A stretch of 45,753 bases of DNA from Pseudogymnoascus verrucosus (Eukaryota), in NCBI GenBank assembly GCA_001662655.1, contig KV460245.1, one strand, 5' to 3'. The notes beneath the pieces are model-generated. The model made no database searches. It was not told the DNA's origin and was given only the letters and a program-made list of their open reading frames with translations. The position numbers were made by a program, and so were the translations under genes. Shown here one piece after another: positions 11,818-23,520 of the stretch; the first letter of the stretch is position 1; each line of letters opens with the position of its first letter.

Positions 11818-13767
11818 ATGTCTGCCAAAGCGATCCTCGAAGCTGATGGCAAGGCCATTCTCAACTACCACCTCACCCGCGCCGCCGTCATCAAGCCATC
11901 CCCTCTCCCAAAATCTACCACACACAACCCTCCCTCGAAACTTGCCTCGCTCTACTTCCCAGCAGACGCAGAGGTTGCGGCGATTCTCGACCAGGCCGAG
12001 GTTTCCTTCCCATGGCTGCTACAGCCAGGTGCCAAATTTGTCGCCAAGCCAGATCAGCTCATCAAGCGTCGCGGCAAGAGCGGTCTGCTCGCCCTGAACA
12101 AGACATGGCCTGAGGCGAAGGCATGGATCCAAGAGCGTGCCGGAAAGCCCCAAAAGGTCGAGTCCGTTGTCGGTGTCTTAAGGCAGTTCTTGGTTGAGCC
12201 ATTCGTGCCTCACCCAGACGGAACCGAATATTATATCAACATCAACTCCGTTCGCGAGGTACGTTCAAAGATTTCCCATGGCGATCGATAGAAATTTGGA
12301 GTGCGGCTTTAACCGGCGAACTTTGTGATAAGTATCATGGAGTTCTGTGCCGAGTTGCAAGATCGATACTTGGCATGAAAATGTCCGAAAACGGCATAAC
12401 AATTGCCAAAATGCAAATGTATGCGTCAAGCGACCATATATCAAGACAAGAGAGTTGAAAATGCACTGCACGAAGAAAAAGTTTGGGGAGGGCCTTTTTA
12501 ATGAAGTTTGGATTGGCTATCGGCTCAGTCTTCGGACGAACGGCGGCTAGAGAAGGAGGTGCTCCGCACACCCACCAACCAACAAACACAGCACTCTGAG
12601 CCTGCATATTCTCGGCCGTCTTAGGCCATGCTTATCTCCCATGCATACTGGCAGTTGCTATTCACATGTTATCTTCATTTCGAATTTGTTTATTTTGTTC
12701 GATATCATTAAACTGTACTAACGTATTTAATTGCACAGGGCGACTGGATCCTTTTCACTCACGAGGGTGGTGTTGATGTCGGCGACGTTGATGAGAAGGC
12801 TGAGAAGCTTCTCATTCCCGTGGACCTGAAGGAATACCCATCGAACGAGGAGATTGCTGCCACTCTCTTGTCGAAGGTGCCAAAGGGAATCCACAACGTT
12901 CTCGTCGACTTCATCACCAGACTCTACGCCGTCTACGTTGACTGCCAATTCACATACCTCGAAATCAACCCATTGGTTGCCATCCCAAATGAGGATGCCA
13001 CCTCCGCCGATGTGTTCTTCCTGGATCTGGCTGCCAAGCTCGATCAGACCGCTGAGTTCGAGTGCGGTGCCAAGTGGGCTGCTGCACGCTCGCCAGCTGC
13101 TCTCGGCATGACCGCCGTCAAGGCGGCTGATGGCCGCGTCAACATTGACGCTGGCCCACCAATGGAGTTCCCAGCGCCTTTCGGCCGTGAGCTGACCAAG
13201 GAGGAGGCATACATCGCTGAGCTCGACGCGAAAACTGGTGCTTCGCTCAAGCTGACCGTCCTTAACCCCACCGGCAGAGTCTGGACTCTTGTCGCTGGTG
13301 GTGGTGCGTCCGTCGTCTACGCTGACGCCATCGCCAGCGCGGGTTTCTCTGAGGAGCTCGCCAACTACGGTGAGTACTCTGGAGCGCCCACCGAGTCGCA
13401 GACTTACCACTACGCCCGCACTGTCCTGGACCTGATGCTCCGCGCCCCTCCCACCGACGAGGGCAAGGTCCTCTTCATTGGTGGTGGTATTGCCAACTTC
13501 ACCAACGTCGCCTCCACATTCAAGGGTGTCATCAAGGCCATCCGCGAGTATGCACCAAGCATCATTGAGCACAAGGTCAAGATCTGGGTCAGACGTGCCG
13601 GACCCAACTACCAGGAGGGACTTAAGAACATCAAGGCTGTCGGCCAGGAGCTGAAGCTCGACATGCACGTCTATGGACCGGACATGCACGTCAGCGGTAT
13701 CGTGCCTTTGGCGCTTGTGCCGGGCCGCTTCGAGGCCAGCGACGTGAAGGAGTTTGGCTCTGCCTAG
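11818..13767 (+). CDS. ACL2: ATP-citrate lyase small subunit (ATP-grasp / citrate-binding). Exons 11818-12258, 12739-13767
   Basis: MSAKAILEADGK, VAKPDQLIKRRGKSGL, SVRE|GDWILFTHEGGVDVGDVD, AGGGASVVYAD, NYGEYSGAP. Divergent from ACL1, as known in Pezizomycotina. Confidence 0.97.
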
Positions 13768-14988
13768 AGCTCAGGTTTTGGGGATTAACAGTAATAAATG
13801 TACTTGAAAAAATTGTCCCATGTTGGACCATGGGTCTGCATGTGGCGGATATTTGCTCTGATGGGGCGCCTGCAATAGATACTTCCTAATGATAAAGACG
13901 ATGTGAGATCTGTACTGTTACGAGTACTTTCTGCCACAGGAGCAGTTGGGGCCTTTTTTTTGATGAGATATATATATATCACGTGCTGTGAGGAATGTGC
14001 GGCAATTCTGGGATCTGTTTAAGTGACGGTGAGCCACTTGTCGATCGATGAAGATCGGAGCCACACCACCACCACTCACGTGCATTAGAGCAATTTCCCG
14101 CGAGCCTGGCGTGAGAGTGAGACGCTCTAGTATGGTTTAGTCGGGGAGATCCTTGCTGTCATGCCGCTCATTTTGTTCTTCGGCGCCGTTTGTTCTTTTC
14201 TTCTGTGATACGGTACAGAGATGATGCATGACGTGCCCGAGTACAAGACTCCAAGATGAGGTAGATGCTGCTGGAGTACTCATTCTGCTGGTTGATATCA
14301 TGATACACCTCATATATCTAGCTACTCGTATTCAGCCATGTAGCCGTCCGTACAGCCAGCCAGCCAGCCAGTCAGCTACATTATAGCTTCAATAGTCAGA
14401 TATGACAACAGCCAACACCAAGACAACGTTACGAGCCTCGTGCATCGTGAGATTACAGTGCTACACCCATATTACTACATCGATCCCCTCGGTTAAAGAT
14501 GCTGCCGCCGGAGTAGGGGCGCAGCTCTCGTATTCAGACCGCCGCCGTTACGGTTTGAGCTTGGCGTTCGATGGCGCTTGACGCCGGTTGGCCCGTTCAA
14601 GTTAAGTTAACCTCGTAAAATGGGGAAAGGGCGGAAAGGACCCTGAGATTGTCAAAACTGTCAGGTACGAGGTACAGGGGCCACGGGCGCCCGCGGGCAG
14701 AAACAGACAGCGGCACCGCGCAAGGGTCCTAGTCCTGGTATTTACTGCGTATCTCACCCATATCCCCCCGCGAAATATCGACTTCGTCGCACCCTTTGTC
14801 CGTTCAAGAACTGAAACAACCACGCTCATTTTTATCTATCCAGAAGGCTCACTCTTTTTGCCTCTTTATCTTGTGATCGCGGGGTCTATTGTTCTTTTTG
14901 TTGCAGCTTCGGCGATTATTTCATACCTAACTTTTGGAATTAATACACGGAATAGAAAGCGGGACTTTGATTACAACAGATAACAGCC

Positions 14989-16610
14989 ATGAAACGCGCC
15001 GTAAGTGAACCCTCCGAACCACCCGCGACAACAGTCAACCCATGCGAATTGTGTGCGACAGGTCTGCCTCGACTCAGGCTGGAGTTCGGGTGAAGACATG
15101 ATGAGTACGTGCAGCTGACATTGAATCACCAGTCCCAAGTTGCGCTTCTGGCGCTTTGCGCCCAGGTCGCGACCGCTGTCACCCCGCTCATCGTCAAGGG
15201 GACCGATTTCGTCAACTCTGTTTCGGGCCAGCGATTCCAGGTCATTGGTGCTGCATATCAGCCTGGCGGAGAGGCGGGTTACAAGCCTGAGTCAGGACAG
15301 GACCCTCTCAGCAATGCGGAAACGTGCTTGAGGGATGCTGCTCTGTTGCAGAGAATTGGCGTTAACACTATTCGTGTTTACAACTTGTCGCCGGATATCA
15401 ACCACGATGAGTGCGCGTCGATCTTCAACATTGCTGGCATCTATATGATGATTGATGTCAACTCTCCTAAGCCGAATGAGGCTCTGAGCAGAGAGGCACC
15501 GTGGGAAAGCTACAACCATGATTACCTGGAGAGGACTTTCAAGGTTGTGGAGGGCTTCAAGAACTACCCCAACACTCTGCTGTTCTTCTCGGCAAACGAA
15601 GTCATCAACGATGTGCCAACAGCCATTACCGTGCCATACATCAGAGTGAGTAGCCCCTCCCCCAGATTCTACTAGTCCGACACTGACATCAAGTTAAGGC
15701 TGTCACCCGTGATCTCAAGCAATACATCAAGCTCCACTCGGACCGCCCCATCCCAGTCGGCTACTCCGCCGCTGATGTCCGTGAGGTCCTCATTGACACC
15801 TTCAACTACCTGCAGTGCAGCTTGACCGGAGACGCCACAGACGAATCCATCACCGATGTCTTCGCTCTTAACAGTTACTCCTGGTGCGGCCCAGCTACGT
15901 TCAACGAGGCCGGCTACAACACCCTCGTGGACATGTTCAAGAAGAGCAGCGTCCCAGTATTCATGTCCGAGTACGGATGCCGCGAGATCCGTCCCCGCAT
16001 CTTCGACGAGACCGCCGCGCTCTACAGCTCCAAGATGAACCCTTACTTCAGCGGCGGCGTCGTCTACGAGTACACCCAGGAGAAGAACGACTTCGGCCTC
16101 GTTGTCCTGAACTCGGACGGCTCTGCAAAGCTCAAGGTCGACTACGACAACTTCCAAGGCCAGCTCGCCAAGCTCAACATCACCGAGCTCCAGAGCACCT
16201 CCTCCTCGGCCGCCGCAACCCCCTTCCCCAAGTGCGTGTCCTCCCTCATCAAGGACAAGGGCTACCCCAACGACTTCACCAAGATCCCCAACCCACCCAA
16301 CGACGGCCTCGCCGCGCTCATCAAGGCCGGTGTCAAGTCTCCCAAGAACGGAAAGCTCGTCACCATCGACAACTTGAAGGTTAAGCAGGTCGTTAAGAAC
16401 AGCGATGATACCGTCATCACTGGACTCGAGGTCAGGCGCCTCACGGACGGAAATGTGCCTACTCCTATCGCGACCACTGGATCCCCTGCCGCTACTGGGA
16501 CTACTGCGTCGCCACAGGAGACTAGCTCCAGCGCGGCGGTTGGGACGACGCAGCTTGGCGGGTTTGGATTCGTGATGAGCTCGGTGTTAGCTGCGCTGTA
16601 TCTTATCTGA
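14989..16610 (+). CDS. GPI-anchored 1,3-beta-glucanosyltransferase, GH72 (Gas/Gel family, no obvious X8/CBM43 domain). Exons 14989-15000, 15133-15645, 15699-16610
   Basis: Signal peptide MKRASQVALLALCAQVATA. Motifs YQPGG, DPLS, GVNTIRVY, catalytic ANEV and SEYGC, and SGGVVYEY. Ser/Thr-rich tail and hydrophobic C-terminus. Confidence 0.93.
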
Positions 16611-17159
16611 GTTTGAAGCGGGGTTGAGACGTAGATAGGGGTTCTTTTTGTGTATAGTTTTTCTCGTTACTTCTTTGGCAGCACGTTTTGGCTCGTCTGA
16701 TACCTTCATAGCTGGCTATTGGACGTTCAATTGTAATTCTGTTTTATGATCACGTTTATACGTTTCTTTAGCGATTGAAGGTCTATTTAGATAGTGCATA
16801 TATGTCATGTCCTTGTTACGGTACTTGCTTTCACTTGATATGGCAGCAGGCCAACTGGTGTCGTCCTCTATAATCTTTACATTTATGATGACACTGTCTA
16901 CCGCCCCTGGAGTTTGAGGCGCTTACATACGAAGAAGCTTAAAATAAACCAGCTTCGTAATAATGATGACGCGGAGGTTACTATCCAACACATATCCCAG
17001 CCCCCTCGCCACCTCGTGTCCAGCACGGCTGACTACCTGGAGACTCGTATCAAAACACCGTATCCCAGCCTCTCTACCTCTGCCTTCCCGCATCGTATAC
17101 CTATTCATAGATCGCCTCACCATCTGGGCCCCCCATCATCCCCCTAACACTCGCGCCCC

Positions 17160-17423
17160 CTACTCACCCCCCCACCCCCCCCCAATCACACCCCTTCCCC
17201 ACACTCCCCCCGCATCCCCACCCCCACCAAACCGACCAGCAGCCAAAAACCTCCTCACCTCCCTATCCAGCAACTCCTCTTTCCGCTCGCACGCAGGACA
17301 TATACTCGAGTGCGGCTTGAGGGCGTTGCGGCGCTGGCAGGGGAGGGTGGGGGCGCTGCAGGGGGCGAAGGGGGCGGTGATGTGCGTGCAGTGGAGGTGG
17401 AGGGTGTGTGTTGTTTTGCACAT
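17160..17423 (-). CDS. Small Cys/His-rich hypothetical protein (87 aa), possibly zinc-binding
   Basis: ACAATGTGC start. MCKTTHTLHLHCTH...C......C...CPAC, then a charged helix and a Gly-rich tail. Upstream TATA box. Confidence 0.5.
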   Translation of the reverse strand: MCKTTHTLHLHCTHITAPFAPCSAPTLPCQRRNALKPHSSICPACERKEELLDREVRRFLAAGRFGGGGDAGGVWGRGVIGGGWGGE

Positions 17424-17636
17424 TGTGGTGGTGTGTGGTGGTTGTTTGGTAGTGTGGGAGGTCGTTGTGCTGGTGCCTCGGGGTGTGTGTGGTGGTTGTC
17501 GGTGTGGGAGGTTGTTGTTGTGCTGGTGCCTCGAGATGTGTGACGATGATTGTGTGGTTGCTGATGCCTTGGGTTTTGGATGTTTGTTTGGTGAGGGACT
17601 CGGTGGTTTGGTGGGAGGGTGGAAGTGAATGCGGAC

Positions 17637-17645
17637 TTTTATATA
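17637..17645 (-). promoter_or_regulatory. TATA box (TATATAAAA) upstream of the small Cys-rich ORF
   Basis: Isolated TATATAAAA in a C-rich context, about 215 nt upstream of ATG 17423. Confidence 0.5.
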
Positions 17646-18240
17646 GGGGTGTGATGAGGGGGATAAAGGCATTGTTTGGTGGTCGAAGGCGAGTTCTGTG
17701 GTATGGAAGGCAGTGGGTAGATAGTTCTGGAAGTTGGTGAGTTTGGGGGGTTTCTTTGTTCGTGAGACTTGGTTTGAGGCCAGCATCTACTGTCGAAGTC
17801 ACAGGTGCTATCCCTGGGGGTGTTCACATGAGTCACTTTCAGAGCCTCGAAAGAGGGTGGACTTTGAAGCGGTATAAGCTCCTTTCCATCTTCCCTCGAG
17901 GACCGCCATCGAGGATAGTTCTATAACTTTGCACATAGAAAACATTAATCACATCACATGCTCACTCCTCAGACAAAGGTTCTAATAGAAAAACTCGTTG
18001 CTATCTCATTTAGTACAAATCAAATCCGCTGTAGTATCCAATCTACCACTATTGATATACGCATCTCATATAAAACCGCTGAAACAGGTAGCCGCGGCTA
18101 CCCTCTTCTAAATAGCACTCATGATAGTTAAGGCCGTAAAATCCGCTAGAAGTACATCACGCTAAAGCAAAGGAATGTCGTCCGTCTCTTTGTCCCCGCG
18201 TCGCTTAAATCTGCCCTGCGGCAAGTATGGGTTATGATCT

Positions 18241-19265
18241 TCAAACTGATAAGTTAAATTGCTTGGAACATCCGTCATCTTTGTGCCTATATCATTCATA
18301 TGTCAGCTAGTTCCATAAACATAGATTGGGGTTTATTACCTCCCAAGAGTATCCTTCCTCGAGAAAAACCTGCCACAGTATTCGCACTGGTGGCTCTTCT
18401 CCTTTATATGCACCGATTGATGGTGCCGCTGCAAATCCGTCTTCCGCCGAAACCTCTTCATGCAATCAGGCAAAGCGCAAACAAACGGATGGACTCGGTC
18501 CGCGTCATGTGTTTCCATGTGTGCTCGATAGTTATAGCTGCGGTTGAACAGCTTGCCACAGCCGTCCACTGTGCACTCATAGTTGCCATCCTCGCGCGTC
18601 GTCACTATCCGGGGACGCTTTTCCTGGCTCGGGGTTGTGCGAGAGCTCCCAGCATTTGTGCTGCTAGATCCCAGCACTACGCCCTCTGCCCCGGAGTCAT
18701 AGCTTAGACCAGAATCTGCACCAGTAAAGCTTGACCCCGTGGGTGGCACGGGGGACAACCAGTCCTCTGTATCCAATACATTATCCAAGCCATATGTGTT
18801 AGATGGTTGGCCCGAAGATAGGTCGACTAGCCCGGGATGCCAATGGACAGAGTTATCCACCATTTGACTACTGCCAGGCTCATTGTAGGTACCGTTAGGT
18901 GGGTAATATTGTGGACCTGACAATGGAAATGGAATCTGTCCTGAGGCTGTAGCTAAGTTTGACGGGATAACATCCATTGAATAAGGGTTATAGTTCTGTG
19001 GTAGTGCATAATCGGCGACCTGCTGGGCTGAATTCAAATTGGTGAATGCAGACGCAGCTGATTGCTGAGGATAAGGAGACGTGAACGGCGAGCCCGCAAA
19101 TGCATAGTCGCCAGTCGGGCTTCCGAAAGGTTCATGATCCGATATGGTCATTGATTGCATACTTGCATTTGCATCATTGTATGACTGTTGGCTAGAAGGC
19201 AAATATCCCCGCTCAAAATCATGGTATGACGGACTCGGAGACCGTGTATGTGAAGGTCTACTCAT
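18241..19265 (-). CDS. C2H2 zinc-finger transcription factor (three fingers). Exons 19265-18340, 18286-18241
   Basis: YECTVDGCGKLFNRSYNYRAHMETH, FVCALPDCMKRFRRKTDLQRHHQSVH and HQCEYCGRFFSRKDTLGR|HKDDGC. A 53-nt intron completes finger 3. The start was chosen at the first ATG (CAACATG). Confidence 0.85.
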
Positions 19266-20447
19266 GTTGACGGTAGCACTGCTGGTGTTCTGATAGAGAG
19301 CCGGTGACTCAACCGGCCCAGGCAGAAGTTGATATCTTTGAGAAAAGCCGCGGAGATGTGACGACTTAAAGATAAAAATGAAAATATATGAAAGTATTTT
19401 GCATCTGGATAGAGTTGATTGTACCAAGAAGTGTCAATCCGAGAAACGAAATGGGAATACTTACACTTATATAACATCTAGCCAAAGGCAGGTGGATGTC
19501 GGAAAAGCAATAGGAACAACATTAGCCTCTTAATAATAACATCGTCGGCGGTTGTTGGATACTGAATAGGCATGGTGGAAGAGCAGTTCGGGGCCCAACG
19601 TGGCTGTCTGCCTAACTCTGCCTTGGCCGGCCCCAGTGAATCTCGATCTTTTCCACGGCGACAAGCGCTTCTTTTCACGAGAATTATCCAGGTCAAGTCT
19701 ATGAAAAGACATTGCCAAGGCAGTGGACAAGGATGGCACCTCCTGTAGTTTTGGCGCAGGCATCAGTGAGGTAATTGCACATGTCCATCAGGCGTACCTA
19801 GAAAGAACTATTGACACGTCTCGAGATGCGGCAATTGCGACGGCGGAATTCACGCTCAGTTAGGCATGACTCGTCTTTTGGATCCTTTTGGATTCATAAC
19901 TGTACATATTCCAGCACAATTGTCGTTTTCTTCCTGCATTGAGCAATACCGTCACGGGATATCACCCAAAGCATCTTAGAGAGTCACACCGGGGGCACAG
20001 TAGTTCAATATTAATCCGACATCCCTGCTCCCCCAGGCCGAAGCTCCGTTTTGCCGACGTTGCGCGGTTCTTTTCGCGCTGCGCGCTATCGCATCAGCCA
20101 CAATCGCCCTAATCGCCCCCAACCTCTATCGTGTCTGCCTGATAAACAAAATAGGTGCGGCGTCGATATATCGTATAGCTATAGAGAGCACAGTATGTAT
20201 TTGAGACACTGAAGATACAATACTTATATTTGCGGTGTTTGTTGGTGGAGTCACAATTATTAAAGGAGTAGAATTAAGGTGGATAAGGCAAGTGGGCACA
20301 TGCTGCAAAGTGCTCAGGCACCACACCTCGTGCTCTAGGCGCCTCTGGAGCATATCAGCCAAACTTCTTGACCAAAAAACGTGACCTCGTTCACGTTCCA
20401 TGCACTTCAACCTAACAAAATATCAACACTTCCATTTGTCTCCAAAA

Positions 20448-23327
20448 ATGAAGTTCAACATAGAGTAGCTCCCTCCCTCAGTCTTCTGGGTTTTCTTTGG
20501 CTAATTATAGCTAGTGACCTTCCAGTTCTCTTCCCATATCCAAGAATCTACCCAGGTAAGCATCCCTCCTCAACCCTCCCTGATATCCGGCTGTGTTTGT
20601 ATTGAGCGAACTTGGCTAACTTTGACTCAGAGCAATATGCGTATGCCATTATGCCTCCCTCTTATTGACACTCCGCTGACTCTTTCGTTTGCAGATACAT
20701 GTGCGATCTCAAGAGTCCGTTACCTGCTCTACTCTCATAGGTGCAACTTGACTAACGGTCTACACAACAGGGACCCTCGATGCGGGGGGTCATTGTGTCT
20801 TGGAGATGCCCTCGGGGACCGGGAAAACCGTCTCTCTCCTTTCGTTGATCGTGGCATACCAGCAGTACTATCCCGAGCACCGCAAGCTGATATACTGTTC
20901 ACGTGAGTGGAGCATAGTGGATTGAGATATAAGCTAATGGCCATAGGTACAATGTCCGAGATCGAGAAGGCTCTTGCTGAGTTGAAAGCCCTCATGAACT
21001 ATAGGACTGAACAGCTTGGTCGCGTGGAGGAGTTTAGAGGACTTGGTCTGACAAGTAGGAAGAACCTCTGTTTGCATCCCTCCGTGAAGCGGGAGAAGAG
21101 CGGAGCAATTGTCGATGCTCGCTGCCGGAGCCTTACAGCTGGGTTCGTAAAAGACAAGAAGGAAAAGGGCGAGGACGTCGAACTTTGCACATACCACGAG
21201 GTACTATAATCAACACGCACGGTATCTATTGAAGCACTGCTAACAGACTAGAACCTGGACCTGCTTGAACCGCATGATCTGATACCAAATGGCGTCTGGA
21301 CGTTAGATGGCATTATGCGGTACGGCGAGGAACACAAGCAATGCCCATATTTCACATCACGGCGAATGGTATGTTGCTGGCACTCGAAGTCCACCTCATG
21401 GTCCTAATTTCTGTAGATGCCATTTTGCAACGTCATTATCTACTCATACCATTACCTTCTCGACCCAAAGATCGCTGAGCGTGTGTCGAAAGAGCTTTCG
21501 AAGGACTGCATAGTAGTCTTTGACGAAGCTCACAACATCGACAATGTCTGTATTGAGTCTTTGAGTACAGATATTACTGAGGACTCATTACGAAAGGCTA
21601 CAAGGGGGGCACAAAATCTGGAAACCAAGATTTCCGAAATGAAGGATACTGATGCGGAGAAACTTCAGAATGAATATGCCAAACTGGTCGAGGGGCTTCG
21701 TGAAGCAGATGAAGCTCGAGAAGAGGATACGTTCATGTCAAATCCAGGTGAGTATTCCAACCAGCATACATATCGAAATTGTTGTGCTTACTTCAACCGA
21801 CAGCCTTGCCAGATGACCTGCTCAAAGAAGCGGTCCCGGGAAATATTCGCCGAGCCGAACATTTTGTTGCATTTTTGAAGCGTTTTGTGGAATACTTGAA
21901 GGTAGTCATGCGCCAATACGGGGTCTGTTGCCTGGACGCTAATTTTGGTGCAACTGCAGACACGGATGAGAGTTCGACAAGTAATTTCAGAAACACCCTT
22001 GTCCTTTTTAGCACATCTCAAGGAGACGACATTCATCGAAAGAAAGCCCCTTCGGTTCTGCGCGGAGAGACTGACCTCGCTCGTTCGGACATTGGAATTG
22101 ACAAACATTGAAGATTACCAACCTCTGCAACAAGTCGCTACGTTCGCTACGCTGGTTGCAACATATGAGAAAGGATTTCTTCTCATACTTGAGCCATATG
22201 AGTCAGATACAGCGGAGGTTCCAAATCCTGTTCTGCATTTTACATGTCTCGATGCTGCAATCGCGATCAAACCGGTCTTTGACAGGTTCAGCTCAGTTAT
22301 TATTACATCAGGGACATTATCTCCATTGGAGATGTATCCCAAAATGCTAAACTTCACAACAGTTGTACAGGAAACATATCAGATGACACTCGCACGGCGA
22401 TCATTCTTACCAATGATTGTGACCCGCGGCAGTGATCAAGTGGCTATATCTTCTGGTTTCCAAGTTCGCAACGAGCCCAGCGTGGTAAGGAACTACGGGA
22501 ACTTACTTACCGAATTCTCCAAAATCACGCCTGATGGTATGGTGGTCTTCTTTCCATCATACCTCTACATGGAGTCGATCATCAGCATGTGGCAGGGGAT
22601 GGGAATTTTGGACGAGGTTTGGAAATACAAGCTTATCCTTGTCGAGACGCCCGATGCTCAGGAGACTTCTTTGGCGCTTGAGACTTACCGGACGGCTTGC
22701 TGTAATGGCCGTGGAGCCATCCTTCTATGTGTAGCTCGCGGTAAGGTTTCCGAAGGTATCGATTTTGACCATCAATACGGCAGAACGGTGTTGTGTATTG
22801 GCGTTCCTTTCCAATATACAGAGTCTCGAATTCTCAAGGCTAGACTCGAATTTTTGCGAGAGACATACCGCATCCGTGAGAACGATTTCCTGTCTTTCGA
22901 TGCAATGCGTCATGCTTCTCAGTGCCTGGGTCGTGTACTGAGAGGTAAAGACGATTACGGAATAATGGTTCTCGCTGATCGTCGATTTATGAAAAAGAGG
23001 GCGCAACTTCCAAGTTGGATCAACAACGCCGTGATGGATTCGGACACGAATCTCAGTATCGACATGGCCGTCAGCAGTGCCAAGAAGTTTTTGAAGAATA
23101 TTGCTCAGCCGTTCAAGCAGGAGGACCACGAAGGCATCAGTACATGGAGTGTAACCGATCTACAGAAACACCAAGAGAAAGAGGACGAAGAGAAGATCCG
23201 AGAGTTGCAGGATGGTGCAGCATTGGAAGACTTACGACACGGCAATGAACAAGACGTGATCATGGGCGATGAGTATGGTATGGATGATGAGGAGTTTGAG
23301 GCCGGCATGATGGAATTAGATGGATAA
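20448..23327 (+). CDS. RAD3: TFIIH/NER helicase XPD. Exons 20448-20464, 20515-20555, 20631-20640, 20695-20714, 20771-20902, 20947-21200, 21252-21368, 21417-21747, 21804-21901, 21960-23327
   Basis: Spliced N-terminus [49 protein letters not shown], Fe-S cysteines (NLCLHP, ARC, CPYF), DEAH, SGTLSP and [11 protein letters not shown]. Confidence 0.97.
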
Positions 23328-23520
23328 TAAAAGGAGCGATTTCAATTCCGGTGTTTGGCGAAGCATACGCGAATAGGGTGGATGGGTTCCCACAACAGCA
23401 ACTTGGCAAAAGGTATAACTAGAATGGTTCATAAAGCACGGCGTATTAATTCTTTAGTTACTCTCGGAGTACAACCCGAATACTAATTTCTGGGGTATAA
23501 ATTGTTACAATATCTACATC

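Noticed and set aside
15098..15120. ATGATGA...CTGA in GH72 intron 1, resembling C/D snoRNA boxes
   Set aside because: The boxes are only about 10 nt apart, and the CTGA is part of the branch site GCTGAC.
16914..17147. 77-aa + strand ORF downstream of the GH72 gene
   Set aside because: Non-ATG start, no recognisable similarity, and it lies in a convergent 3' region.
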